Positions 8,984 to 15,815 of a stretch of DNA of 34,130 bases are shown here, one piece after another (position 1 is the stretch's first letter; each line of letters begins with the position of its first letter). Made by a program: the position numbers and the translations under genes. The notes below the pieces were generated by a model. That model saw only the letters and a program-made list of their open reading frames with translations. It did not search any database and was not told the origin of the DNA. Source of the DNA: a virus (lineage: Duplodnaviria; Caudoviricetes); IMG/VR virus record IMGVR_UViG_3300033067_001453, positions 1 through 34,130 of that record. One strand, given 5' to 3'.

Positions 8984-9181
8984 AACAGACAGAACACACC
9001 AAGAGCTTGGTGCATCATGCAGACGATAATTCCGTTCCACCCGGCCATTGTGTCAGGGATGGGGCGCAATCGCAATACTTGGGACTACGAAGCCCGGAGC
9101 AAACGGACGGCGCAAAGATGGCTCAAGGCTTTGAGGGAGGCGGCTCCATCGGCTCACTACGTGATTGAGGAATCGCGATAG
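8981..9181 (+). CDS. Early hypothetical protein
   Basis: AGGAG before ATG. Confidence 0.7.
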   Translation: MNRQNTPRAWCIMQTIIPFHPAIVSGMGRNRNTWDYEARSKRTAQRWLKALREAAPSAHYVIEESR

Positions 9182-9312
9182 TAAGCACCCATGGCCGCAC
9201 AATGCGGGATAACCACCCGCCCGGCCTCCACCTGCCCTGTATTCGGCATTCCGGCAATCACGCCTTTGAGTGTCGAAACGACAGGGCAGAAAACAAACAG
9301 GAGACAGACCAA

Positions 9313-9495
9313 ATGACCACACTCCAGTTATGCGAGACAGTGACAGCAAAAGGCACGTTCTACTATATCGACGGAAAACGGGTCTCCCGTGATTCGTTCC
9401 TCGCTGCGAAGTTTCAACGTCGCATGGACTCATTCGTCACACGAGTCGAACGCCATGCAGTGAAGAACTTTTCAACGATTTACGTGCCAGCCTGA
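9313..9495 (+). CDS. Early hypothetical protein
   Basis: MTTLQLCETV... start after AAACAGGAGA. Confidence 0.7.
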   Translation: MTTLQLCETVTAKGTFYYIDGKRVSRDSFLAAKFQRRMDSFVTRVERHAVKNFSTIYVPA

Positions 9496-9577
9496 GAAGC
9501 ACCCCAGCACAAAGGCCCATGGCGAATAACCATCGTCCCGGCCCCCGTGCATCCAATCAGCCATTAAACAAATGCAG

Positions 9578-9606
9578 TTGACAAACCCCCGGCCATGTGT
9601 TACTAA
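9578..9606 (+). promoter_or_regulatory. Sigma70-like promoter
   Basis: TTGACA-17 bp-TACTAA; spacer AACCCCCGGCCA similar to the promoter at 13160. Confidence 0.5.
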
Positions 9607-9747
9607 TTTAGTAATGCGTGCCACAGAAGCAGGGCAGACCGGGCGCAGTTAAACAATTTCCAGCGGTGAACGCTGGCGTTAGGAAAGACAGAAGCAGGGC
9701 AAAACCAACGGGGGCGACACCCGCTCAAAACGTCAAAAGCAAAACAC

Positions 9748-10182
9748 ATGAAAACGACAAACACGCAGATTGCAAAGTACGACCCGGCAGCACCGACAAA
9801 ATGGGTGCGCTCACAACGCAAGGAGGGGAAATGCTTCTTTTCCACCATGAGCATCATCAGCATGGCGGACAAGCCAAGCATTCATGGCCGGGTCTGGCCG
9901 GTGATTGAAGCACGGCTCTATGGCACCGGCAACGCGAACACCTGCTGCTTGTGGGTGTCAGGAGCCGGAGAAAACAAGGTGAGCACGCAGGGCAGTGGAC
10001 GGGCTGGCGGTTATGGGTACCACCGCCCGTCCGCAGCTCTAGCGCAGGCCATCAGCAATGCCGGATTCACGCTCTCCCGCGACATCGCCGGAGTTGGCGA
10101 CGACGCAATGCAGGAGGCGCTTCTGGCCATGGCCAAGGCGCTCAAGATCAAGAAACCCGCCGTTGTGCTCAGTTATCAATAA
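9748..10182 (+). CDS. Early hypothetical protein (GRAGGYGYHRPSAA type)
   Basis: G-x-A-G-G-Y-G-Y-x-x-x-S-A-A motif recurrent in phage early genes. Confidence 0.75.
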   Translation: MKTTNTQIAKYDPAAPTKWVRSQRKEGKCFFSTMSIISMADKPSIHGRVWPVIEARLYGTGNANTCCLWVSGAGENKVSTQGSGRAGGYGYHRPSAALAQAISNAGFTLSRDIAGVGDDAMQEALLAMAKALKIKKPAVVLSYQ

Positions 10183-10188
10183 ACCACA

Positions 10189-10249
10189 GGTCGAAACCGT
10201 CCCCGCACACGCGGGGCGGTCTGAGGGTTGAGCCCTCACTGACGAGACC
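10189..10249 (+). ncRNA. Type II hammerhead ribozyme; predicted cleavage after C10221 (GUC)
   Basis: GGTC-GAAA-[stem III CCG..CCCCGC/GCGGGG..CGG]-TC-[stem I TGAGGG/CCCTCA]-CTGACGA-GACC; full catalytic core and all three stems. Confidence 0.9.
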
Positions 10250-10299
10250 GCCAGAAGCAGAGCAAGGTAACAACACAAAAACAGGAGAGACAGAACACC

Positions 10300-10767
10300 A
10301 TGAGCAGAAACACCATCGACACACGCGACCTCTACAAACGCCAGCAGGAGCTTCAAGACCTGAAGGATGCACTGGAGAGCGCACGCGGGGAACTAGATCA
10401 ACTGAACACCAGCAAACCCGGCGAGGACGACTCGCTGGAGGATCTGGAAGAATGGGAAGGCAGTCTGGAAAGCGCACAGTCTGCACTGGACGAAGCACAA
10501 GCAGCGTTCGGCACCGATGAACAGGAAGAACTGGAGGAACTGGACAACCTCGAAAGCGAGATTGGCCGGAACTGGCGCGACGGTGAAAGCATGATCCCGG
10601 AAGACGAGTTCGAGGATTATGCGCGTGAGCTGGCTGACGACCTCGGCAGCACCAAGGGCAACGAATGGCCCTTCACCTGCGTTGACTGGGAACGCGCCGC
10701 CCGTGAACTCGCGATGGATTACACCACCGTGAGCTACCAGGGCGAAGATTACTACGTCCGCGCCTAG
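10300..10767 (+). CDS. ArdA-like anti-restriction DNA-mimic protein
   Basis: Very acidic; C-terminal EDYARELADD...VDWERAARELAMDY...YYV resembles the ArdA C-terminal domain. Confidence 0.7.
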   Translation: MSRNTIDTRDLYKRQQELQDLKDALESARGELDQLNTSKPGEDDSLEDLEEWEGSLESAQSALDEAQAAFGTDEQEELEELDNLESEIGRNWRDGESMIPEDEFEDYARELADDLGSTKGNEWPFTCVDWERAARELAMDYTTVSYQGEDYYVRA

Positions 10768-10771
10768 AGCC

Positions 10772-10829
10772 CTCCCGTGCCTCCTCCCCTGTCCGCATAG
10801 CCAGCGGTCAGCGTGAGGAGGCCGGGGAG
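10772..10829 (+). repeat. Early intergenic stem-loop element
   Basis: GCCTCCTC/GAGGAGGC and CCGC/GCGG stems, loop ATAGCCA, 3' GGGGAGCGTT. Confidence 0.7.
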
Positions 10830-10940
10830 CGTTTTAAAAACCACGCGCCACAAACACATTGTCGTGGACTGGCGTGTTCAGCCATGGGAAGCGCCCACAC
10901 CATAAGCAGGGCGGACCGGAAACTTTTTAAACCGCCCCTG

Positions 10941-10969
10941 TTGACAAACCCACAACTTCAACACAAAAT
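10941..10969 (+). promoter_or_regulatory. Sigma70-like promoter
   Basis: TTGACA-17 bp-CAAAAT. Confidence 0.5.
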
Positions 10970-10982
10970 CAGTAATAACCCC

Positions 10983-11087
10983 ATGGACCCGCTCGAACCA
11001 CAAGACCCGTCCGCCTTCGTCCAGGCCGTCATTGTCACCCTCATGGCCTGCGCCTTCGGTGCCGTGCTGCTGGGGTATTGCCATTAA
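10983..11087 (+). CDS. Small membrane peptide
   Basis: MDPLEPQDPSAFVQAVIVTLMACAFGAVLLGYCH, just after the promoter. Confidence 0.5.
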   Translation: MDPLEPQDPSAFVQAVIVTLMACAFGAVLLGYCH

Positions 11088-11111
11088 ACCAGTCTCAAAA
11101 AACACAACATT

Positions 11112-11990
11112 ATGGAAACAGAACAAACACCAGTACCCGCTCAAACCGCAGAAATTAAACACACATTCAAGGGCACCAACTTGAACCTCCAATGCCGGGG
11201 GTTTCAGTTCGAGATTGGCAAGACATACACCCATGAAGGCAGCGTCAAAGCCTGCAACAGCGGGTTCCATGGATGTGAAAATCCTCTGGATGTGTTTGGT
11301 TATTACCCGCCAGGGGTTTCACGGTTTTTCCAGACTGAGCAGTCCGGCCAGATTTCCATTCATGATGACGATACAAAAGTTGCCTCAGCATCTATCACAC
11401 TGAAAGCCGAGCTTTTGCTGCCGGACTTTATCACGGCTGCCTACCAATGGGTTTTGTCCAAATGTTCACCACCCACAAGCAAACACGCCACCGGGGACCG
11501 ATCAGCGTCGAGCGCCACCGGGTACAAATCAGCGTCGAGCGCCACCGGGGACCAATCAGCGTCGAGCGCCACCGGGTACCGATCAGCGTCGAGCGCCACC
11601 GGGTACCAATCAGCGTCGAGCGCCACCGGGTACCGATCAGCGTCGAGCGCCACCGGGTACCAATCAGCGTCGAGCGCCACCGGGGACCGATCAGCGTCGA
11701 GCGCCACCGGGGACCAATCAGCGTCGAGCGCCACCGGGGACCGATCAGCGTCGAGCGCCACCGGGGACCGATCAGCGTCGAGCGTGTCAGGCAAAAACTC
11801 GGTGGCCATGAACATTGGCTGGTATGGCAAAGCAAAAGCATCTGAGAATGGGGCCATTGTGCTTTGCAACCACGATGAAAACGGAAGCCTTCGGCATATC
11901 AAGGCGTCCAAGGTTGGCAAAAACGGCATCAAGCCGGACACGTTCTACATTCTCAATGACGATGGTGAGTTCGAGGAGGCCCACCCATGA
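11112..11990 (+). CDS. Phage protein with 9-aa SASSATGxx repeats (DUF7666-type)
   Basis: KGTNLNLQCRGFQFEIGKTY...CNSGFHGC N-terminus, repeat core, GIKPDTFYIL C-terminus. Confidence 0.8.
   Translation: METEQTPVPAQTAEIKHTFKGTNLNLQCRGFQFEIGKTYTHEGSVKACNSGFHGCENPLDVFGYYPPGVSRFFQTEQSGQISIHDDDTKVASASITLKAELLLPDFITAAYQWVLSKCSPPTSKHATGDRSASSATGYKSASSATGDQSASSATGYRSASSATGYQSASSATGYRSASSATGYQSASSATGDRSASSATGDQSASSATGDRSASSATGDRSASSVSGKNSVAMNIGWYGKAKASENGAIVLCNHDENGSLRHIKASKVGKNGIKPDTFYILNDDGEFEEAHP
11487..11783 (+). repeat. Coding tandem repeat, 11 x 27 bp
   Basis: Unit GCCACCGGG(G/T)AC(C/A)(G/A)ATCAGCGTCGAGC. Confidence 0.95.
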
Positions 11991-12157
11991 TCCCCTCACG
12001 TCTCACCGCACAGATCAACAGCCAGATTGCCGACACCCGCGCCATGACATTGGAGTCCTACGTGGCCTCCCTTGAGCACGCGCAGGCCCGGCAGCAGGCA
12101 CCATCACAACCACAGCAGCCCAAGCAGGGCGAAGCACAGAAAGGGAAACAACAATGA
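11987..12157 (+). CDS. Small Gln-rich hypothetical protein (not in ORF track)
   Basis: MIPSRLTAQINSQ...; ATGA overlaps at both ends. Confidence 0.55.
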   Translation: MIPSRLTAQINSQIADTRAMTLESYVASLEHAQARQQAPSQPQQPKQGEAQKGKQQ

Positions 12158-12312
12158 GCTTTGTCATGATCCCCGTCTTCTCAATTGTTTTCATTATGTC
12201 TCTCGTCGGAGCATCAGTTGCTCCATGGCCTGAATGTAAATGGTTCACTCTTGCAATGATGCTTTCCGGGATTGCCCTCCTTTTGATGTTTGCACCCTAC
12301 ATAAATCCATGA
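12154..12312 (+). CDS. Small two-helix membrane protein (not in ORF track)
   Basis: MSFVMIPVFSIVFIMSLVGA...; ATGA overlaps at both ends. Confidence 0.55.
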   Translation: MSFVMIPVFSIVFIMSLVGASVAPWPECKWFTLAMMLSGIALLLMFAPYINP

Positions 12313-12524
12313 ACACCACGACCACACCACCATCACAGCACCAGCCATCCCCAGGACTCCGCCACCTCGACGAGGCGGTGAAGAAGGTTCTCTACTTCAG
12401 CGATCACAACATGCCTCCCGCACGCAGGGCGCACCCGGCTGACCGTGTGACCGACAACCGCCATGTGTTCCACAGACGGTATTACCGGATTGGCGAGGCG
12501 ACCAACTTCACGGAGGCCAGTTGA
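12309..12524 (+). CDS. Hypothetical protein
   Basis: ATG 12309 overlaps upstream stop. Confidence 0.55.
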   Translation: MNTTTTPPSQHQPSPGLRHLDEAVKKVLYFSDHNMPPARRAHPADRVTDNRHVFHRRYYRIGEATNFTEAS

Positions 12525-12526
12525 TC

Positions 12527-12832
12527 ATGCCCACCCGCTTCGACCTCACCAGAATCACGGACTGGGCTAACACGACCCACCAGCAAGCCGCAGCCACCCT
12601 TGGCTGCTCATACGTGACAGCCGTGAGCCTGCGCACCAAGCTGGGCCTGCCCAAGGGTCCGCGCAAGCCGGGCTCCGGCAGCAACCGTTACAAGAACCAC
12701 CCGCCCAAGCCCCGCAGACCGTGGGACCGGGTGACGGACTGGGGGATGCCGGTGGGCGAGATTGCTGCCCTTGTGGGGTGCAGCAGAACAGCAGTCAGGG
12801 AACACATCAAGAAACACAGGAAGACATTATGA
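12527..12832 (+). CDS. Tandem-HTH DNA-binding protein
   Basis: Two units: QAAATLGCSYVTAV and EIAALVGCSRTAVR. Confidence 0.7.
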   Translation: MPTRFDLTRITDWANTTHQQAAATLGCSYVTAVSLRTKLGLPKGPRKPGSGSNRYKNHPPKPRRPWDRVTDWGMPVGEIAALVGCSRTAVREHIKKHRKTL

Positions 12833-13146
12833 AAGAACAAGTACCCACACCACGCACGGACGCAGAAACATATGGAGGAAAAGGCATCATCGGTGCTGGT
12901 TATGTCTCCGCCGAATCGTCACGCCGTCTCGAACGTGAACTCGCCACCGCCATCAAAGAACGAGACGAAGCAAGACGGGACGCGGATAACCTTTTCAACC
13001 ACCTCACATATGTGACAGAACAAGGTTTGGATGTTGGTGGCACATGTCTTTGGCTTCACAAAGATTCCGACTCAGCCAGCGCCATGCTCGAAAACGCACG
13101 CAAAGCTCTTGCTGTTCATGAAGTTCTCAAGCCAAAAACACATTAA
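12829..13146 (+). CDS. Hypothetical protein (TPRTDA...RRLEREL type)
   Basis: Common phage motif followed by coiled coil; ATGA overlap. Confidence 0.65.
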   Translation: MKEQVPTPRTDAETYGGKGIIGAGYVSAESSRRLERELATAIKERDEARRDADNLFNHLTYVTEQGLDVGGTCLWLHKDSDSASAMLENARKALAVHEVLKPKTH

Positions 13147-13159
13147 GTAACGAATCTGC

Positions 13160-13188
13160 TTGACCAAACCCCGGCCACCGGTTACAAC
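13160..13188 (+). promoter_or_regulatory. Sigma70-like promoter
   Basis: TTGACC-17 bp-TACAAC. Confidence 0.5.
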
Positions 13189-13206
13189 AACCCCCAGTTC
13201 ACCATC

Positions 13207-13656
13207 ATGCCCCGTCCCGCCCTAGCCGTCCACTGGCCGTCCCAGCCATGGACCAAACACAACAACGCCGCCCTTGCACGCATGCTGGGCTGCCACGAGA
13301 ACACCGTGGCCGAGCACCGGGCCGTCCATGCTCCCCACACCACCAGAACGCCGGGCAGGCCTGTCACGGTGGACCTGAGCAATGCCGACTTCACGCAGCA
13401 CGACACCACCATTGCGTTCATCTACGAGTGCCACGTGGACACGGTGCGTGAGTGGCGCAGAACACATAAAGTGCCAGCCTGCACCAAGCCTGTGCCCGGT
13501 GGCTCCGGCAGACCGCGTGTGTATGACCGCAGCCGGTTCGACGCAAGCAGGACAGCCCGCGAGAACGCCGAGGCCATGGGCTGCTCACGTCAGATGGCGT
13601 GGCTGCTGTTGAAGGAGCACAAGAACAGGAAACCAATGAAGAAAGGGAAGAAGTGA
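13207..13656 (+). CDS. Triple-HTH DNA-binding protein, related to 12527-12832
   Basis: LARMLGCHENTV, IAFIYECHVDTVR, NAEAMGCSRQMA units with GRP linkers. Confidence 0.7.
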   Translation: MPRPALAVHWPSQPWTKHNNAALARMLGCHENTVAEHRAVHAPHTTRTPGRPVTVDLSNADFTQHDTTIAFIYECHVDTVREWRRTHKVPACTKPVPGGSGRPRVYDRSRFDASRTARENAEAMGCSRQMAWLLLKEHKNRKPMKKGKK

Positions 13657-13657
13657 G

Positions 13658-13900
13658 ATGAACACACTTATATGGCCTGATGTTTTTGCAGACAACTCTT
13701 TGATTGAAACACGTGAACCCGCAGCTCTTTTAGCCGATGGGCTGTGTGCATGGGGGAACGTAAAAGCTGGAAAAAGTTTTGGCCCAATACCCAAGTCTTT
13801 TGGTGAAACCATGGTGAAAATCACAAACAAGCTCGGCATGAAATCAGGATTGCCAGAAGCTTTCCATGAAAAAGCCAACGAGATGTTTCCAAAGCCATGA
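13658..13900 (+). CDS. Hypothetical protein
   Basis: Tight operon packing. Confidence 0.55.
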   Translation: MNTLIWPDVFADNSLIETREPAALLADGLCAWGNVKAGKSFGPIPKSFGETMVKITNKLGMKSGLPEAFHEKANEMFPKP

Positions 13901-14088
13901 CCTTCATCCCACACAAGCCGGGCGACCCGATGCCCTGCCACGCCGACACCAAGATCCTCGTCAAGCTCTCCAATGGCATGGAGACCACAACACCGATGAA
14001 GGCCAGGCAGTGGTTCTGGAACGAGTGCGGGCTCACATCAGTTGTGGGGTGGCAGTATGCGGAAACAGCGAAGAAAATCACACCATGA
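13897..14088 (+). CDS. Hypothetical protein
   Basis: ATGA overlaps at both ends. Confidence 0.6.
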   Translation: MTFIPHKPGDPMPCHADTKILVKLSNGMETTTPMKARQWFWNECGLTSVVGWQYAETAKKITP

Positions 14089-14357
14089 ACACACGAATTG
14101 CACCTTGGAAGAGAAAGCCAGCAAAGCCATCAGCAGTTGTTCTTGTCATCCCAGAAAAAGGACAACTTCAAGACCGCATCACACTTGGACGTGAAATCTT
14201 TTGTGCAGCTTTTCCTGAGCTTAGAAATTTTCCAATTAAAAGGCTGCATGAGCTTTTCACCAAAGGGGTCAATCTAGGGCTTTATAAAAAGTGGACCCTT
14301 GGTGCAAGCGTCATCAGGAATGATCATAAAATCATCCCAGTTAATTTGGAATATTAA
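14085..14357 (+). CDS. Hypothetical protein
   Basis: ATG 14085 overlaps upstream stop. Confidence 0.55.
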   Translation: MNTRIAPWKRKPAKPSAVVLVIPEKGQLQDRITLGREIFCAAFPELRNFPIKRLHELFTKGVNLGLYKKWTLGASVIRNDHKIIPVNLEY

Positions 14358-14362
14358 ACACC

Positions 14363-14824
14363 ATGGACACACTCACCGACATCATCAGGCAGCGGCACTC
14401 CCGCATCAAGTCAGCATCGCCACGCGCTGACATCGGCCTCTTCAACTGGGGTGGCAAGTTCGTCTGCTACGGCGACGACGCAGACCGCGTGAACGAGTGG
14501 CTGGCGGGCACCGGCCTGTGCGAATACCTAGAGCTGTCACTGGAGCCATGGGACTGGTCTCTTGCCGAGGTCAGCATCCCGCTGGTCTCCATGGACAAGG
14601 CCGTGCATCTGCTGTTGCAGCACGCCTCCGTGGCGCTGGTGGACCAGTCCGACGAGCGTGGTGTTCCACGGTTCGTGACGTTTCTGTTTTTGAATAAGTC
14701 CGGGTCGGAAGGATTGCCACCATGGACAAAACCCCTGTGCAAAATTGACGGCCCTGAGTTTTTTGAGCACAAAGCTTCCCAGATCTTTGAGGCTGCTGTC
14801 GACCCGCTGGCCGATGTGTTTTAA
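14363..14824 (+). CDS. Stand-alone MutS domain I-like protein with C-terminal tag (VDPLADVF)
   Basis: IGLFNWGGKFVCYGDDA...SIP...AVHLLL...VALVDQ follows the MutS_I pattern. Confidence 0.6.
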   Translation: MDTLTDIIRQRHSRIKSASPRADIGLFNWGGKFVCYGDDADRVNEWLAGTGLCEYLELSLEPWDWSLAEVSIPLVSMDKAVHLLLQHASVALVDQSDERGVPRFVTFLFLNKSGSEGLPPWTKPLCKIDGPEFFEHKASQIFEAAVDPLADVF

Positions 14825-14831
14825 TATCAAT

Positions 14832-15002
14832 ATGAGCATCACAACAACTCAGATTATTCTTTCATACTTTACCGTGTTCGGTGTTGGTATGTTCATCGCT
14901 GCTGAATGGTCCGATATTTGGAAACCATCTGTCCCCGGCATTGTTGGCCTCATCATTGGTCTTTCATCAGCCTTGGTCTACCTCGGCACCCGGCTGGGAT
15001 GA
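14832..15002 (+). CDS. Small two-helix membrane protein
   Basis: Two hydrophobic segments. Confidence 0.6.
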   Translation: MSITTTQIILSYFTVFGVGMFIAAEWSDIWKPSVPGIVGLIIGLSSALVYLGTRLG

Positions 15003-15271
15003 AGGCCGCACGCCTCCAGTCCCTGCTCCACCAGACCGTTCTCCATGCCCACGGGCTCGACGATCCGCCGTCCCCCGAGAACCTGGCCCGGTTGATGAGC
15101 CGCACGCTGTCCTCCTGCCACCTCGCCTACCACACCCACGGGGCGCTGGTGGTGTGGAAGGAAAATAAAGCCGGTGAGATGGAACTTGTGTTTGACACCA
15201 GCCGTGGGTCTGCGTTACAAAATGTGTGCCAGTGGTATGCGGAGGAACTGAAGAACCAGAAAAAGATATGA
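14999..15271 (+). CDS. Hypothetical protein
   Basis: ATGA overlaps. Confidence 0.6.
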   Translation: MKAARLQSLLHQTVLHAHGLDDPPSPENLARLMSRTLSSCHLAYHTHGALVVWKENKAGEMELVFDTSRGSALQNVCQWYAEELKNQKKI

Positions 15272-15555
15272 AAATTGAAAAGCTGAAGCCCGGTCAGATT
15301 GTTTATGATGTTCACAGGCACAAAATGGGGAACACCACACTTACCAGCATGGGCGTGTGGAATGTACGAATCGTTGAGGTCAACATCGAAAAACAGACTG
15401 TGCTGGCTTCATGGAACTGCAACCAAGAACAAACTTATTACCGTGGCACATGGAGCAAGTGGAGAGCCAACAAACCAGTTCTTGTCAAGGTGGGATGGGC
15501 ACAACGTCTTGCCACCCGTGCTGAATTGAAGGCCTTGAAGGAGGGGAAGCCATGA
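15268..15555 (+). CDS. Hypothetical protein
   Basis: MKIEKLKPGQIVYDV...; ATGA overlaps. Confidence 0.7.
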   Translation: MKIEKLKPGQIVYDVHRHKMGNTTLTSMGVWNVRIVEVNIEKQTVLASWNCNQEQTYYRGTWSKWRANKPVLVKVGWAQRLATRAELKALKEGKP

Positions 15556-15800
15556 ACACACTTTTTTCTGATTACAGCAAACCGGCCTACTATTACCGGC
15601 TTTTTCACGAGGGACGGCCCAAGCCACAGGTTTTCGATTTCATGCTGGATTACAACATGCCAAGATATGTGATTCAAGAACTGGCCGGAACAGGTGTTAC
15701 CATGTTGCTCCCACCCCAGCCCTTGGTGGATGACCTTTTCCTCGGTACCCCGGCTGGAAAACCAGCAACAACGGTTGACCCCCTCGACGGTGTTTGGTAG
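15552..15800 (+). CDS. Hypothetical protein with C-terminal tag (VDPLDGVW)
   Basis: ATGA overlap; tag supports real translation. Confidence 0.7.
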   Translation: MNTLFSDYSKPAYYYRLFHEGRPKPQVFDFMLDYNMPRYVIQELAGTGVTMLLPPQPLVDDLFLGTPAGKPATTVDPLDGVW

Positions 15801-15815
15801 AACCCGGACCCCGCC

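Noticed and set aside
7438-10829. Intergenic hairpins as integron attC sites or Rho-independent terminators
   Set aside because: No RYYYAAC/GTTRRRY box pairs, no integrase, and no U tracts after the stems
11487-11783. Tandem repeat as a CRISPR array or DGR template
   Set aside because: No unique spacers, in-frame 27-bp coding units, and no reverse transcriptase in the window
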